Shown here in pieces: positions 26,275 to 39,363 of a stretch of 64,000 nt of DNA. The stretch comes from Lama guanicoe. Taxonomy: Eukaryota. The notes under the pieces were generated by a model. It was not told the origin of the DNA, did no database searches, and was given only the letters and a program-made list of their open reading frames with translations. Position numbers and translations under genes: made by a program. Where the stretch lies: assembly GCA_013239625.1 (NCBI GenBank), contig MU053561.1:1118826-1182825 (forward strand). The letters run 5' to 3'. Each line of letters starts with the position of its first letter. Position 1 is the stretch's first letter.

Positions 26275-26370
26275 AGTAATGATTTTTATGACATATGGAA
26301 AGTGTCCAATACAGCGCCTGGCACATAGTACTGACTTAGTAATGTTGGTTTCTCTATAATCATCATTAGT
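26275..26370 (+). mobile_element. MIR 3' fragment
   Basis: catatggaaagtgtccaatacagcgcctggcacatagta. Confidence 0.65.
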
Positions 26371-26959
26371 GAAATGAGATTCAGCACTAGAATAACTTGG
26401 CACTTCAGCACTGGGAATAAATTTTTTTTTTTTGGCCAGATTTTGATTACTGAACTGTAACTCCTGGAGGTTCCCTAGTGGATGTATCTTTGTATCAGTA
26501 GGGCTAATAGTTCTGAGAAGTCACTCAATTTTTAAATTTTGTTTGTTTATTTATTAAAGTTGAGGTATAATTGACAAATATGTGGTACATGAATGCATGA
26601 ATGGTTGAAATTAGGGTTTGATCTGGGGCATAGCTAGGCAAGTAGGTCTTTTTCCTGGGTGCTGGTTTCTTTGGACGTATATTAATTTTGCTCTTCACTT
26701 GGAGATGGAAAAGTGTCTGTCTTTTCTATGGGGATCAGTAGGGACTAGAAGGAGGTTGGAAAGGGAGAAAGGAGGTACCCTAGTGTCTGGAAACCACGGC
26801 CAGCTAGTAAGGCTAGGAGAAAAAGAGCTGGGACTCTAGATAAATCTTGGGTGCAGAGGTGGATTCTAGGGTTTGGAAAAGTAAGTTTTCCGTAGAATTT
26901 GTGGGAGAGCAGGTCACAGTTTAGAGGAAGAGTTATACTGCATTTCATTGCCCCACTGA

Positions 26960-27100
26960 CTCATTTTTTACCCACATTTATTCACTTCAGAAGTATTTAA
27001 GTATTTACCATATGTTAGGCACTTCATTACTTATCAAGACACAACAGTGAACAAGACAGATAGAGTCCTTTAAAGTCTAGTTGAAGGCAGAAGACAAAGG
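26960..27100 (-). mobile_element. LINE-2 3' end
   Basis: attcacttcagaagtatttaagtatttaccatatgttaggcact...gacacaacagtgaacaagacaga. Confidence 0.7.
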
Positions 27101-28714
27101 GACATCAGTTTAGATTCTTTTGTTCCCATATTGAGTTCTGCATTCTATAATCTCTTGCCAGAGACAGATATTTCCTAAATTAGTGTCTCCTTTGTGAAGG
27201 GCTCCACTGAGGAACAGTACTCTTACCTAGGCTGGTACACCAATTAGGAACTTTTCTAATTTGTTTTTCTTTTGGTGTGTATAGAATTTCTAATTGTACC
27301 AGTGGATTTTCCTCTAAAGCCAAAATACGAAACCTTTAGTTGCATTGCGTGGTGTAGTATGTGGGCAAGAAGGTTCATGAGAGCACTCACTGGTAATGAC
27401 AAAAGTGATATCTCGTGGCCGTAAGTGACAAGGAAAAGAGAGATGGAAGTGTTTTTTTTTCTAGCAGCAAGAGAAAATGTGGTAGCGTAGTTGGTTCTGG
27501 CAGGAAAAAGGGAGACATGGCAAAGGAATTAGGTATTACAGTATCCACATTTTTGAAAATCATAGCTCTATATCTTAGATCATAATTAATTCAAACAAGG
27601 ACCATTTCCCTGGAATGATTTTCAGGTATTTGGGAGTGATCCTGAGCAATTATATTTGGTACAACCAAATTGCAGAACCTTGGCAGCATTTGAACACCCG
27701 TCCACGCTCCTTGAAGCTCATTGTCATGGGATTTGACCTAAAAACACTCTTTACACAGCCAGCTCTTAGTCATTTGTGGGAATACTGGCCAATGTTGGTA
27801 TACCTTTTTTCTGCCCATTTGAGACAATGCCAGGTGGTGTAAAGGACCAGCAGAAGTGTGGCAGCAATCATTTATTTCTGGTCCAAGTGTGGTTTCATGC
27901 CTGCATCGCCACAGAACTCCGTGCTGTCTCCCCTGCCTGTGTTCTGCCCCTCTTGATAATTCCTTATGTAAGAGCCATTAAAGGTTGAACCCAGCAGAGC
28001 AGCATGCGTGGAAAGACCATTCGTCAAAAGGCAAAAATAAGTTATAGTTTCTAAAAAATTACATTTCTTTCAATTACTGATTCCCAACTGCAGGCTATTT
28101 TAGGACCCATTACTGTTCTTTGGCTACCATGTCTTACTTTCTGTAATTCCCTCTTTCAGTTGCTGTGGGATAAGCACAGGGCCTGGAAAAGTGGTGACGC
28201 CAGTGACTTGACTTTCACTTCCCTGGAAGCCTCTCCGTATTTTTTTTTGTAGAGTCTTTCCATTTTCTATTTGTTGCCCAACCTCTATGAAAGTTTCTTC
28301 GCAGGAAAAGATCTGTCACCAGTCATTCGCACCTTGATGCAAATTTAGACCAGCGTGTTACCTTCCCCTGAGGTGTATGTACTTTTAGGTTTTCCTCTAA
28401 ATGTGTGACAGCATTTTGCCTGTTTCTAGAGGACTTTAAGCTCTATTCAGCAATCAGTGGGATTGGCATGTTACTAGATCAGAGCCCTCCCTGGTGTCTC
28501 TGATATCCCACCAGACAGCTCTAAGGAGTAAGGCTGGCTCTCCCGAGAGCTGTACTTCAGTTTCCATCTTGGATGCAGTCTAAAGGCCTAAACTTACCCT
28601 GACTTAGACTCCATGGAAGCCAAAAAGGCACCAGTATTTATCTCTGTAAGTAAACAGAGGGTACTAGGGAGAAGGATCTGTAGAAAACTGGCTGGGTGTA
28701 GCCCACTTTCCTGG

Positions 28715-29202
28715 TTTTCGTAATAACTAACCTTCAAGAAGTTCCCCAAAGATACACATCTCCTGGAATTCACACTCTGGTGTACTGCCTTCCCACTTCG
28801 AATCAGAGCTGTCACTGGGTGACCAATAGAATATGGTGAAAGTGAAGTATATGAATCTTGAGGCTAGGCCACAAAAGGCATTGCAGCTTCCTCCTTGGTG
28901 TCTTGTATCTCTCACCCTGGGGGAAGGTAGTCACCATAACATGATGAACTCAAGTAGTTCCATGGGTATGTTCATGTGGAGAGAAACTGAGGTCCCGACC
29001 AACAGCCAGAACCAGCCTGGCAGCCATGTGATTAAGACACTCAGATTGAAGCCTCAGTTGACATCTGACTGCAAATGCATGAGAGACCCTAAGTAAGAAC
29101 TCCTGGCTGAGTCCTTTCTGAATTCTTAACCCACAGAAACCACTATGATGTTATTATTACTGTTTTAAACCACTAAGTGTCGGCATAATTTGTTACTGAG
29201 CA
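28715..29202 (+). mobile_element. MLT1 solo LTR (MLT1F/G-like)
   Basis: gtgaccaatagaatatggtgaaagtga; catgtggagagaaactgagg; ctgttttaaaccactaagt...taatttgttac. Confidence 0.85.
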
Positions 29203-29757
29203 CCATCTCTTGGCCTTCCAGTGGTAGTCACCTGCCCTGGAAATCCTGATATCCAATGCGGGCAACAAAATTGTTCCTAAGTGAGTTACGTTTTTTTTTA
29301 TCTGCTGAGAAAATGTGATGTAGCTGATGGTAATTTGGCCAAACACAAGTTCTTATGAAGCAAGCTGACCAGTAATATAGTCTAGTTCAAAGATACGGTT
29401 TATTTGGGTACATCAGGAAAAGTGTTTTCTTGTTTTGTTTTGGTTTTGGTTTGGTTTTGCAATTTCTTATGAACCTTCAGGAATTTTCATTGGCCTTTCA
29501 GAATTTGAGGAGGCTCTACATTTTTATTTGCTTTTATATGTCTATTTTTCTAGTAACTAGAATGTATTTTGACCAAATTGTTTTTGAACTACTCTACTTC
29601 AACAGTGTTTCTTTCAGTCCAGATGGTTTTGGCTAAATCTTCATGAGGAAGTCTTTTTTTATGCCTTACCTCTTACTGATTTATAAAACTTGAAGAAACA
29701 TTTTCTGTTAATTCATGTGAAAACAAAAACCAAATTGGAATAAACGCAGATGGGGAA

Positions 29758-30498
29758 TGTGATAGGTAGCCTCCAAGATGACCTACTTTATCCCTGGTGA
29801 CCAGGCTGTTCTATACTCTCTCTCCTTGTATGTGGCCTGAACTAGCTGATCTACTTCCACTGAAAAGAATATGGCAGAAATGTTGGGATGCGACTTGTGA
29901 GTTACATCCTCCTTTTATAGCCTTGCATAACCTTCTAATACTAAGTTACAGAAAGACTGTGCTTCTATTTGGGGAATATTCTTTTACCATCTTTCAGATT
30001 ACTCACCCTGGGAAAAGCCAGCTGGCATGTTCTGAGGCATTCCTGTGGAGAGACCTCAATATAAAGATTGTATGAAAAGCATATTGGGATTGGAGAGAAG
30101 ACTGAGTAATTGGACTAGTCATTGTTTTTCTGTTTCAGCTACAACAAATGCCCCAAACCATGAGTCCAGGCCTTCTTGAGGATCGTTGGATAGCTTCAGT
30201 ATTACTTGCTGGTGTCCTCATCTGCACAGGTGTTTTCTTTGAGTTAGCAGACGTTGGACCTAGCAGAAGCCTTGGTGTGAGAGAGTGTGTCCTGCCAACA
30301 ACCCTGTGAGTGAGTTTGGAAGTGGGTACCTCACAGCCAAACCTTCAGATGAGACCACAGCCCTGGCCTATGACTGCAACCTCATACCCACCTAAGCTGT
30401 GCCCACATTTCTGATCCAAAGAAATTCAAATAGCAAGTGTTACTTTTGAGCCCCTAAGTTTTAGAGTAATATTTACACAGTAATAAGATCCTAATACA
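29758..30498 (+). mobile_element. MLT1F-like solo LTR interrupted by a ~200-bp foreign segment
   Basis: TG start (tgtgataggtagcctccaagatg) and CA end (ctaataca); internal cctgccaacaaccctgtgagtgagtttggaagt. Confidence 0.85.
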
Positions 30499-33019
30499 GG
30501 AGATGAGAGAATAGAATAGTGTCCTAAAAGTGGATTTACATCTTTGCTTTACATTTTTTGTAAAACCAAGACTTACACCTGACCTTGTCCACGAATTCTG
30601 CAAACTGGCTTGCTGGAGTGTATTACCAATTCTTTCCTTTTGCTTCCTACTCCTTCCTTAAGCCAGTCACACCCTAACATAACATCTGCTTTTTGCTACA
30701 ATCCCACCCTCTCTTCCTCCACCCCCTCCCACCTCCTTCCTTGTTTTTGTTCAGAGTAAAGGAGGGATAAAGTGGTTTGAATTAAAGTGGGAGCGATGTG
30801 ACAGAATGTCCAGGAAAATGTGCTGGGGCCCTTGGAGTCTGGGCCAAAATATGGCTGATGATCACCCAAGATGGCATGCAGAAGCTGGAGCGGGGGTGAG
30901 GGACCCAAGTGACAACTATTGCTTTTATGACCTGACTTCGGTGACAATTTGGAAAGGATCTGTTCTTTTTGGGGAGGAGGGTAGGGTCAGGATTTATGTT
31001 TGTCCTTAGATTCTAAAATCTTTCTGATTAGCAGTAAAAGGTGAGTTGGAACTTATTCTTTTTCTCTCTCCAGAATCACCTCTGTCCCTCATTTCTTGGG
31101 TCAAGGGAAGGAGTGGTTGCTAAGTGAATACCACTGGTGTTTCCACTGAACAAATCTTGAAGGAGGGGAAAATGCCTATTCGGGCAACACACCCTGACTT
31201 CCTTTGCAAGCTTCAGAATATATGTCTTAAGAAAAATACTTCCCATTCAAAGTTATCACAGAAGTAGTAGGGGCACTCAGCAGTAGCTGATGGAGACATT
31301 CAGGAGACATCTGCAGTGCTGGAACTCAGAAGGGCAGAGTTGACTAATGACATTGACACTCCTTGGTGACAACTAAACCTCTGATGCATGACCTTACCAC
31401 AGAGAAGCTCCTATCAGAGGGATATAACAAACACCAATGAGCTGAAAATTAATAAAAGTAAAAAGGCTAACCCCTGATCAAGTGTCTCTGACTGGGCTTG
31501 AGTTCCAAGGACAGTGTGTGCAGAAGTAATCTTAGGAAGATGGACTTCTCACTTCCTCTAAACGCATGGCTGGATGGAACAGTTTTGAATGTGTCACAGG
31601 GCAGTGCTGTTGCAGGGCTGGCTGTATGGGATCACTTCCCCCACCCCCAGAACCTCACACAGCATTTGGCCTTTCACATTCAGTAAGCCAACCAGATTCT
31701 GTCTGATTGAGAGACTATCCTGTTGGCGAAAGCAGGCAAATGGTCTGCCTTTGCACACCAGATAGTGTCTGATTTCTGGCTGTATCAATAGATACTCTTT
31801 CTTTCTATCACCTAACCTAACAAGCATGCGAACGAAATAGGAGTTGAAGAGGAAAGCAAAGAGAGGGAAGAAGAACAGTGGAAGATCCACTGCTCCACCT
31901 CATTCCATCCTTAAGCCTTGTTGGTTCTTTGACAACCCGAATCTGCTGAGAACCACACAACTTCAGCCTACGTTTGGTGGAAGAGACATCTTCCTTAGAT
32001 GGTCACTCTCTCCTACCATTCTCTGATTGTGCCATTCCACAGATACACATTGCTCGTTTGTTATAAGCCAGGTGCTGTGCAGGTACTAGTGGTATACAGA
32101 TATTCTAAGGACTCAGTTGACCCAGCCTACCCCATCTCTTCCTGTTGCATCCCATCCCATTCTATCCTGTCCCATTTAATGCAGGACTACATTACTGAGT
32201 GTTTCCACCAGGGCAAATTGTGCTGTGGTTATGTCTGCAGGACTAGAAAGTGGTTTGCTTAACCAGGACTCAGGCTCTTGACCATGGAGTTCGGTGGAGA
32301 CCGTCAGTGCCCACTGCCATCCGTTCTTCTCCTCTGCCTTGTCCCGTCTCTTGTCCAGCTAGTTGGCCCTGAGTCTAGTGTAGACAATGGATTGTGAGAA
32401 GTGAAGCTTGTCACTTTGGGGCTGAGGTGGTGAGTACTTGATATGCTTTTTCCACATTCTCCACCCCCCCCCATCTAACTGTTGAACCATGCCTGAGCCA
32501 CAAAAAGGAGGCAGCCTGGACCCCTTAGCTCTTTTTTTTTAAAGGAGAGCCACCTGATCTGCATTGGACTGTGATATAAATCAGAAATAAGCCTTAGTCG
32601 TATTAAGGTACTGGGAGTTGGAGGCTTTCTACAGTTGCTGGTGTTCTTGCCCTGATGAATAGAGTGGTCCATGGCTGGTGAGCTTGTTCCTTTCCAAAGG
32701 ACACAAGGTACTTGGGTGGTGACCTGGGAAGGACCATGGAAGCCAAGATTATTACTTTATTTCCGCCGCATTGAGTATTTTGAGTAAGTCTTGCCCAACA
32801 CCTACAGCTGAAGTTTTCCATGTTGATGAGCACGCTTCCTACTCATTCTAAATGAGCAAGAGAGCCATATTCGGAGGCAGTTTCTGAGCCAGAATCCGTA
32901 TTCAGGGAGACTGTTACATAAAAGGAGGAAATACGGTTTTTTCCCCCATTGGACCATATCCAGGGAAGGTTGCATATTGTTAAAAGAAAAACGCAAAAAC
33001 ATCTTACATTTTTATTGTT

Positions 33020-33200
33020 CTTAATGCTTTTTCAAAGTCTGTCCCTGCCTACGATCTGAATTAGCTCTCACCAGTATCCATGAGATTAAACAAGACAGGT
33101 ATTATCAATTTTAAGAGCTGGAGGAATTGAAGCTTGAGGACGCTAAGTGACTTTTTCAAGATCATAGTGAGAATGGATCAGGTGGGATCAGAATCCTATT
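33020..33200 (-). mobile_element. MIR SINE fragment
   Basis: ggaggaattgaagcttgaggacgctaagtgactttttcaagatcatag. Confidence 0.6.
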
Positions 33201-33384
33201 TGAATTATTTCTGTGCCCCTTGTCTTTAAGCAGCATGCTTATTAGGCTAATTAGGGTTTTTCAGCAGTAGATGTAAAACAACATGCCAACAATATCATTT
33301 TTAACTTCAAATACAAATTATTTGTACTGCTAAATTATATTATGTGTATATTAATGAAAACTTCTAATTCATTTCTGCAGTAAG

Positions 33385-33570
33385 TTAGTTTTCCACAGAG
33401 CTTTCATATTTACTTCCTTCTTCAGTCCCTATGAAAACTCTGCAAGAATGGCATACCCATTTTACAGCTGAGGAAACTGAGGCCAGAGAAGTTAAGGACA
33501 AGATGAGCAGAGCTAGGATTGACATCTGTCTTTTAATCCTATAACTAAAGCTCCTTCCCCCCTGACACGC
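33385..33570 (-). mobile_element. MIR SINE
   Basis: cccattttacagctgaggaaactgaggccagagaagttaag. Confidence 0.85.
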
Positions 33571-33639
33571 TGCTTTAAGACGTATAATATGAGGACATCT
33601 GTTCTACAAGTAGTAAAATATAGTTTAAGTTACCTAATG

Positions 33640-33720
33640 AAATGAAATGAATTCCCTCAGCAAACGTTACTGAATATCTACTAAATGCCAGGTATGTTCC
33701 AGACCCTCTTGAATCCCAAG
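33640..33720 (-). mobile_element. LINE-2 3' end fragment
   Basis: attccctcagcaaacgttactgaatatctactaaatgccagg. Confidence 0.55.
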
Positions 33721-34319
33721 GGCCTGGCAGAGCTGAGCCTGGCTTGTCTTGTACCATCTGCTAGTTCCTGGCAGATTGATTCTGCCTTAGACAGTGCCAG
33801 CTTTGAGGAGGGGATTCAAAGTCCATTCGGTTCAGGCCCCACAGATCTTCTTCCTTCAAAGGACTGAAAACTGCATCTTCTCATGGGAGCGCAGAAGGCC
33901 CTGTAGGCTTAGGCAGGGAAGAACAGGAGACACTCTAACGAACCTTCTCTCAGGTTGTGGGCAGTGGGTGGGATCATACAGCTCCAGCTGCCCAGATCAG
34001 GAGGTGGGTACACGTGCTCCCTGAGATCTGAGCTTCCTGCAGGCTGTCCCCATGTCTCCGTAGACACAGAAGCCGTGCTGCCCTGAGACCGCTCCTTCAC
34101 CCCCAAATTGGCCTGTCTTACTTCGCTTTCCAAAATGACTGGATAAACAAGGTTTAGTCACTCAGGAAATGCTTCCTGAACATAGGCTATGCTGTGCTCA
34201 TTCATACAAGTGTGCAAATAAGCCGGTATTTATGATTTTTTATGGGAACTTTCTAGAAACACTTCTAGTAACATGTTCACTGCAGGAAATTCTCCAATAT
34301 CAGGACTATGGCACCTGAA

Positions 34320-34460
34320 TTATTCATTCATTTAGTCAGTGATTTTTTTTTTTAATGAGTGCTGACTGCGTGGAAAGTACTCAGCTGACCATTGGGCACA
34401 GAGGTGGGAGCTAATGTTGACGTGGTTTCTGATAATGTGGCTTCTGTTTGGGGAGAAACA
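34320..34460 (-). mobile_element. LINE-2 3' end fragment
   Basis: tattcattcatttagtcag...ttaatgagtgctgactgcgtg. Confidence 0.5.
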
Positions 34461-35605
34461 AGCCTTTTTATATCTTACGAATCATATCATACAGGGAGTC
34501 ACCTGGTACTGTCTTGTCTCAGGATGGTTCTGCATGTAAGGGTGGGAGTCAGTGGTTTGAAAACCTGATTTGTCTTCAGTGTTTCCAAGAACCTGATAAA
34601 GACTTGTCCATTCACTGACTGAAACCTCACGATAAATTAGAGGGACCTGCACTAACAAGAGCCTTATTTTTAGTTCCATCTCCAGACACATCTAGATGAG
34701 TAAAGATGGGGAGAGTAAGTTGGGACACCAAGGACATGTGGGACAAAAAGGCCTGGTTGCAAAGGACACCTCAAGCAGGCAGAGTCTCATCTAACTTTTC
34801 TTCCATTTCTTCCATCAACTGGATGATTTCCTTCACCCTCTCACAGACCCAGATTTCTGAGGTGATGAGATTGAAGGTGGGTCTGCTCCTCATAGACTCT
34901 TGTTGGTTATGTTCTGCAGGGAAGGGGGTGGTCACTTGCCAATAACAATTTTTCATCATTTCCTCCCGGTGTGCAGCTCCGAGGCCTGCAGAAAGCTGTG
35001 CGTGACCCAGGCCTTTCCGTTAAGTCGGCTAATGATCGTCCAATCCACTGGAGAAAATTGATTGTGTCAAAGCTCATGAAGCACTGTGCGCTGATCAATG
35101 TCTCACTGAAGTCAGGTTTCACACGAAACTGCCCGAAGCTGGAATTAAATGTCAGGTACAATTTAGTGCTGATGCCCTCTCAGTGCCTTTGGAGAGGGGG
35201 CCTTGAGGCTCATTCTGCACGTCAGCTGGACTCCCCCATGGCGGGCTCCCCAGGCTGAGCGATCCGGGCCTGGCAGGCTGCCACGCCACAAGTCTCTCAG
35301 TAAGATCTGCAAAAGTGAGAACGTGGTGCTCAGTCTGCTCCGTGGCCATGCATCCTGTGAAGGCTGGAAGGGAAATGTCTTGGAGAAGAAAGGAGAGAGG
35401 TGGTGGGTGTCAGGTCTGATTTAAATAAGGCCATGGCATTGAGTGGGGAGCCAGAAGTGAGAACTTTCTGGAAAGAATCCCGTTGGAAACAGAGGAGGAT
35501 GAAAAAGGGAACTGGAGGAGATCTGCTTCCTGCCACATTGTGACCAGCCTTCAGGTCCTGTGTGATTCAGTTCTGCTTAACTCCTGGCACTGATGCTCTG
35601 TAATG

Positions 35606-35683
35606 TTTTTTTTTTTTTAAATTGAAGTATAGTCAGTTACAATGTGTCAGTTTCTGGTGTACAGCATAATGTCCCAGTCATGC

Positions 35684-35718
<35 letters not shown>

Positions 35719-36024
35719 TTCATTTTCATACTCCTTTTTCATTAAAGATTATTAAAAGATATTGAATACACTTCCCTGTACTATACAGAAGAAATTTGGT
35801 TTTTATCTATCTTTATATATAGTGGTTAACCTTTGCAAATCTCAAACTCCCAAATTTATCCCTTCCCACCCCCTTCCCCTGGTAACCATAAAATTGTTTA
35901 CTATGTCTGCAAGAATGTTTCTGTTTTGTAGATGAGTTCATTAGTATCCTTTTTTTTTCTTTAAGATTCCACATATGAGTGATATCATATGGTATTTTTC
36001 TTTCTCTTTCTGGCTTACTTCATT
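35606..36024 (-). mobile_element. 5'-truncated LINE-1 3'UTR containing a (TA)n microsatellite at about 35684-35719
   Basis: T-tail then aaattgaagtatagtcagttacaatg; ends at ttctggcttacttca. Confidence 0.92.
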
Positions 36025-36129
36025 TGCCTTCTTATCTGGCCAAAGAGCCAGTTTACTCTGTAAAAGCCATGTCTTCTCTGTACGTTTGCTTTCTTTTTTC
36101 CCCCCTCTCTCCTTGCTTCTCTGTATATT

Positions 36130-36390
36130 GAAGCCTACCATCCTTCAATGCCCAGATCAAAGGTTCCTTCCTTCATAAATCTTGCATTGATTTCTCTAGC
36201 TTTAAGGAATTTCTCATCTCCTGAAATCCTAGAGAATTGATCATCTTTCATGTTTTTTTAAACGTCCATTTTACATTACAGTTATTAATGTGTTTCATCT
36301 TTCCTGTTAGGTCATAGATGATTCGAGGATAGGATTCATACCTGATTGATTTCCCTATCCCCAAATTTCTACAGAATATTTTAATTACTT
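36130..36390 (+). mobile_element. LINE-2 3' fragment
   Basis: ccatccttcaatgcccagatcaaaggttccttccttcataaatctt. Confidence 0.55.
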
Positions 36391-36471
36391 CTAAATTGTA
36401 GATCATAGTTTTTGTAACAGGCTATGATGTTGAATTTCTAAATATTTCTTGTACAGTTCTTTAGTTGGGCC

Positions 36472-36992
36472 CTGTTTTGGTCAGTTTGGGCTATTATGAC
36501 AAAGTACCATAGACTGGAGGGCTTGTAAATAGCACACATCTATTTGTCACTGTTTGGGAGGCTGGAAGCCCAAGATCATGGTGCCTGCATGGTCAGGTTC
36601 TGGTGAGGGCCTTCTTGTGGGTTATAGGTATTTAACCTCTTATTGTATCTTCACGTGGTGGAAAGCATGAGTTTTCTGGCCTCTTTTTTTTTTTTTTGAA
36701 GTATAGTCAGTTACAACGTGTCATTTTCTAGTGTGCAGCATAGTGTTTCAGTCATACATACATACATATATTCTTTTTCATTACACATTACTGTAAGATA
36801 CTGAATATAGTTCCTTGTGCTATACAGTATAAACTTTTTTTTGGCTTCTTTTTACAAGGGTACTAATCCCACTCATGGGGGCTCCACCCTTATGACCTAA
36901 TTACTCCCTAAAGGCACCACCCCCAAATACCATCACAGTAGAATTAGGGTTTCAGCATATGAATTTTGCAGGGACATATTCAGTATATTGCA
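36472..36992 (-). mobile_element. MLT1A-like solo LTR split by an L1 fragment
   Basis: tttgggctattatgacaaagtaccatagactgg; ggaggctggaagcccaagatcatggtgcc; actaatcccactcatgggggctccacccttatgacctaat. Confidence 0.9.
36684..36841 (-). mobile_element. Very short L1 3' insertion with TSD
   Basis: T-tail plus gaagtatagtcagttac. TSD tggcctcttttt (36677-36688) and tggcttcttttt (36842-36853). Confidence 0.88.
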
Positions 36993-38437
36993 GAGCTAGA
37001 GTTGCACAATTGAGAGCATTTGACCTATCATTCTGATTAAGCTTTTTCTCCATATTTATGGCCAGTATTTGGCTTGTAAATGAGAGACTTTATTCTTTTC
37101 GATTACTTGTGGATGAAATAAGACTGCCCATTACTGCAGGGCCTATTTTAGAATAAGTCTTGCATTTCTAATAAATTGAGAATACACCTTTCAAATTCTT
37201 CTGGGGTCATAATCAGTTTCTCTGCCAGCATGTTTAATGCCAGTAGGCTGGGGGATGCAAGCATGGGTCTCAAATATGAAGGGAGAAGCGTTTTCAAGGA
37301 AATCCTCAAGAGCAGGCATCAAGAAGTCCTGCAGGAGCACCTACTCACATCTCCCCAGCCTGTCAAACTCATTCAACATACTGAAATAGGGTCTTTACAC
37401 ACGAAAGACTCTTACTCAGTAACTGTGATGAGGTCTTTCAGCACCTGCCTGTGTTTCTTGGTTATGATGCTGTAATCAGACAGTGGAGAGTATGCGCACA
37501 CATGGTCTGGACTGGTTTAAGTTACTGTAGCTGTTAAAAGAAGAGATTAGTGATGTTGTTGATTGCCTTTGGGCTGACTGAAGAGCGCAGAGAAACCAGC
37601 GAATGAGCCGTGTTCGCTGCCAGTGAAACAGCAGTGGAGGAAGGACAGCATTTCTATCTGTGGTCTCTTTTCATCATGGAAAAGCCTTCCATGGCTGCAG
37701 CAGGATTTCAGAGGCCCCTTTCCCTCAGAGTGAACTCCAGGCATTTCTGTTCATTACTGAAACACTTTAAAAAAAAAAAAAGTAAAGGCATCCTGCTGCT
37801 ACTAATGGCCACATTCACGTTGGAATTTTGTATCCTTGAGAACCTGCCTAAATGTTCCTTCTTAAAACTCTGTTTGTCACCAAGGTGGTCAAACAGCATC
37901 CAACTATGTCTTGTTGACTTCATTTACCTTGTAGTTTTTGATCATGAAACATCTTCATAGTTGGCTCCATTTCTGCTTGAAGTTGTTTCAATGGTACAAC
38001 AACCATGGTGTCTTTTTCTATTAAATTGTGAAGACATCATTAGAATTAAGGTTTTCTATGGACATTTTGTAAATGTCCATAGCAGAGCTTACCATGTGAA
38101 CATCGCTAAAAAGATCAAATTTCCCTCCTAATACTTACGTTTCATTGTGTATCTTTCTACTTAAAAGCAACTCAATCAGAGGAGAGTCTAGATCCCCATG
38201 AAAATAACGTGCATTGTGAGATGTCACATCCTAGTCTGTAGTCTTGCCCAAGAAAGGGGGAGGGGGCCTGCTTTATATTTATCTTTGGTTCTTAATACAA
38301 CCCCTTTCTCAAAAATGGTGTTCAATCAATATTTGATTGATACTTGAATGATGGATGATTATAAATTCTCAAAGTCCTGTTCCTCAATATATGGAATCAG
38401 TAGTGACCCAGCCAGGATGAGATTAGCCCAAATCTGA

Positions 38438-39363
38438 TGAAGACAACCTAGGGAACGGGAGAAGATATTTGCAAATGATGCGACTGTCAAAGGCTTAATT
38501 TCCAGAATATACAAACGGCTCATACAACTTAATAAAAATAATAAGAAAAAAACCAATCCAAAAATGGGCAGAAGACCTAAACAAGCATTTCTCCATGAAG
38601 GCATACAAATGGCCAATAGGCACATGAAAAAGATGCTCAATATCACTAATTATCAGAGAAATGCAAATCAAAACTACAATGAAGTATCACTTCACACCAG
38701 TCACAATGGCCATCATTCAAAAGTCCATAAGCAAATGCTGGAGAGAATGTGGAGAAAAGGGAATCCTACACTGTTGGTGGGAAAGTAGTTTGGTATAACC
38801 ATTACGAAAAACAGTATGGAGATTCCTTAAAAAACTAAAAATAGACTTAACATATGATCCAGAAATCCCACTCCTGGGCATATATCCAGAGGGAACTCTA
38901 ATTCAAAAAGATACATGCACCCCAATGTTCATAGCAACACTATTTACAATAGCCAAGACATAGAAACAAACTAAATGTCCACTGACAGATGATTGGATAA
39001 AGAAGTTATATGTGTATACACACACACAATGGAATACTACTCAGCCATAAAAAGAAGAAAATAATGCCATTTGCAGCAACATGGGTGGACTTGGAGATCA
39101 TCATTCTAAGTGAAGTAAGCCAGAAAGAGAAAGAAAAATGCCCTATGATATCACTTATATGTGGAATCTTTAAAAATGAAAAAAAAAATGACCTAAATGA
39201 ACTTACTTACAAAACAGAAACAGATTCACAGACATAGGAAACAAACTTACGGTTACCAGAGGAGAACAGGAGTAGGGAGGGATAAATTGGGAGTTCGACA
39301 TTTGCAGATACTAACTACTATGTATACAGTAGATAAACAGCAAGTTTATTCTGTATAGCACAG
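38438..39363 (+). mobile_element. LINE-1 ORF2 end and partial 3'UTR, no tail
   Basis: Peptides [12 protein letters not shown] and KIMPFAATWVDLEIIILSEVSQKEKEK; stops at tatagcacag. Confidence 0.92.
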
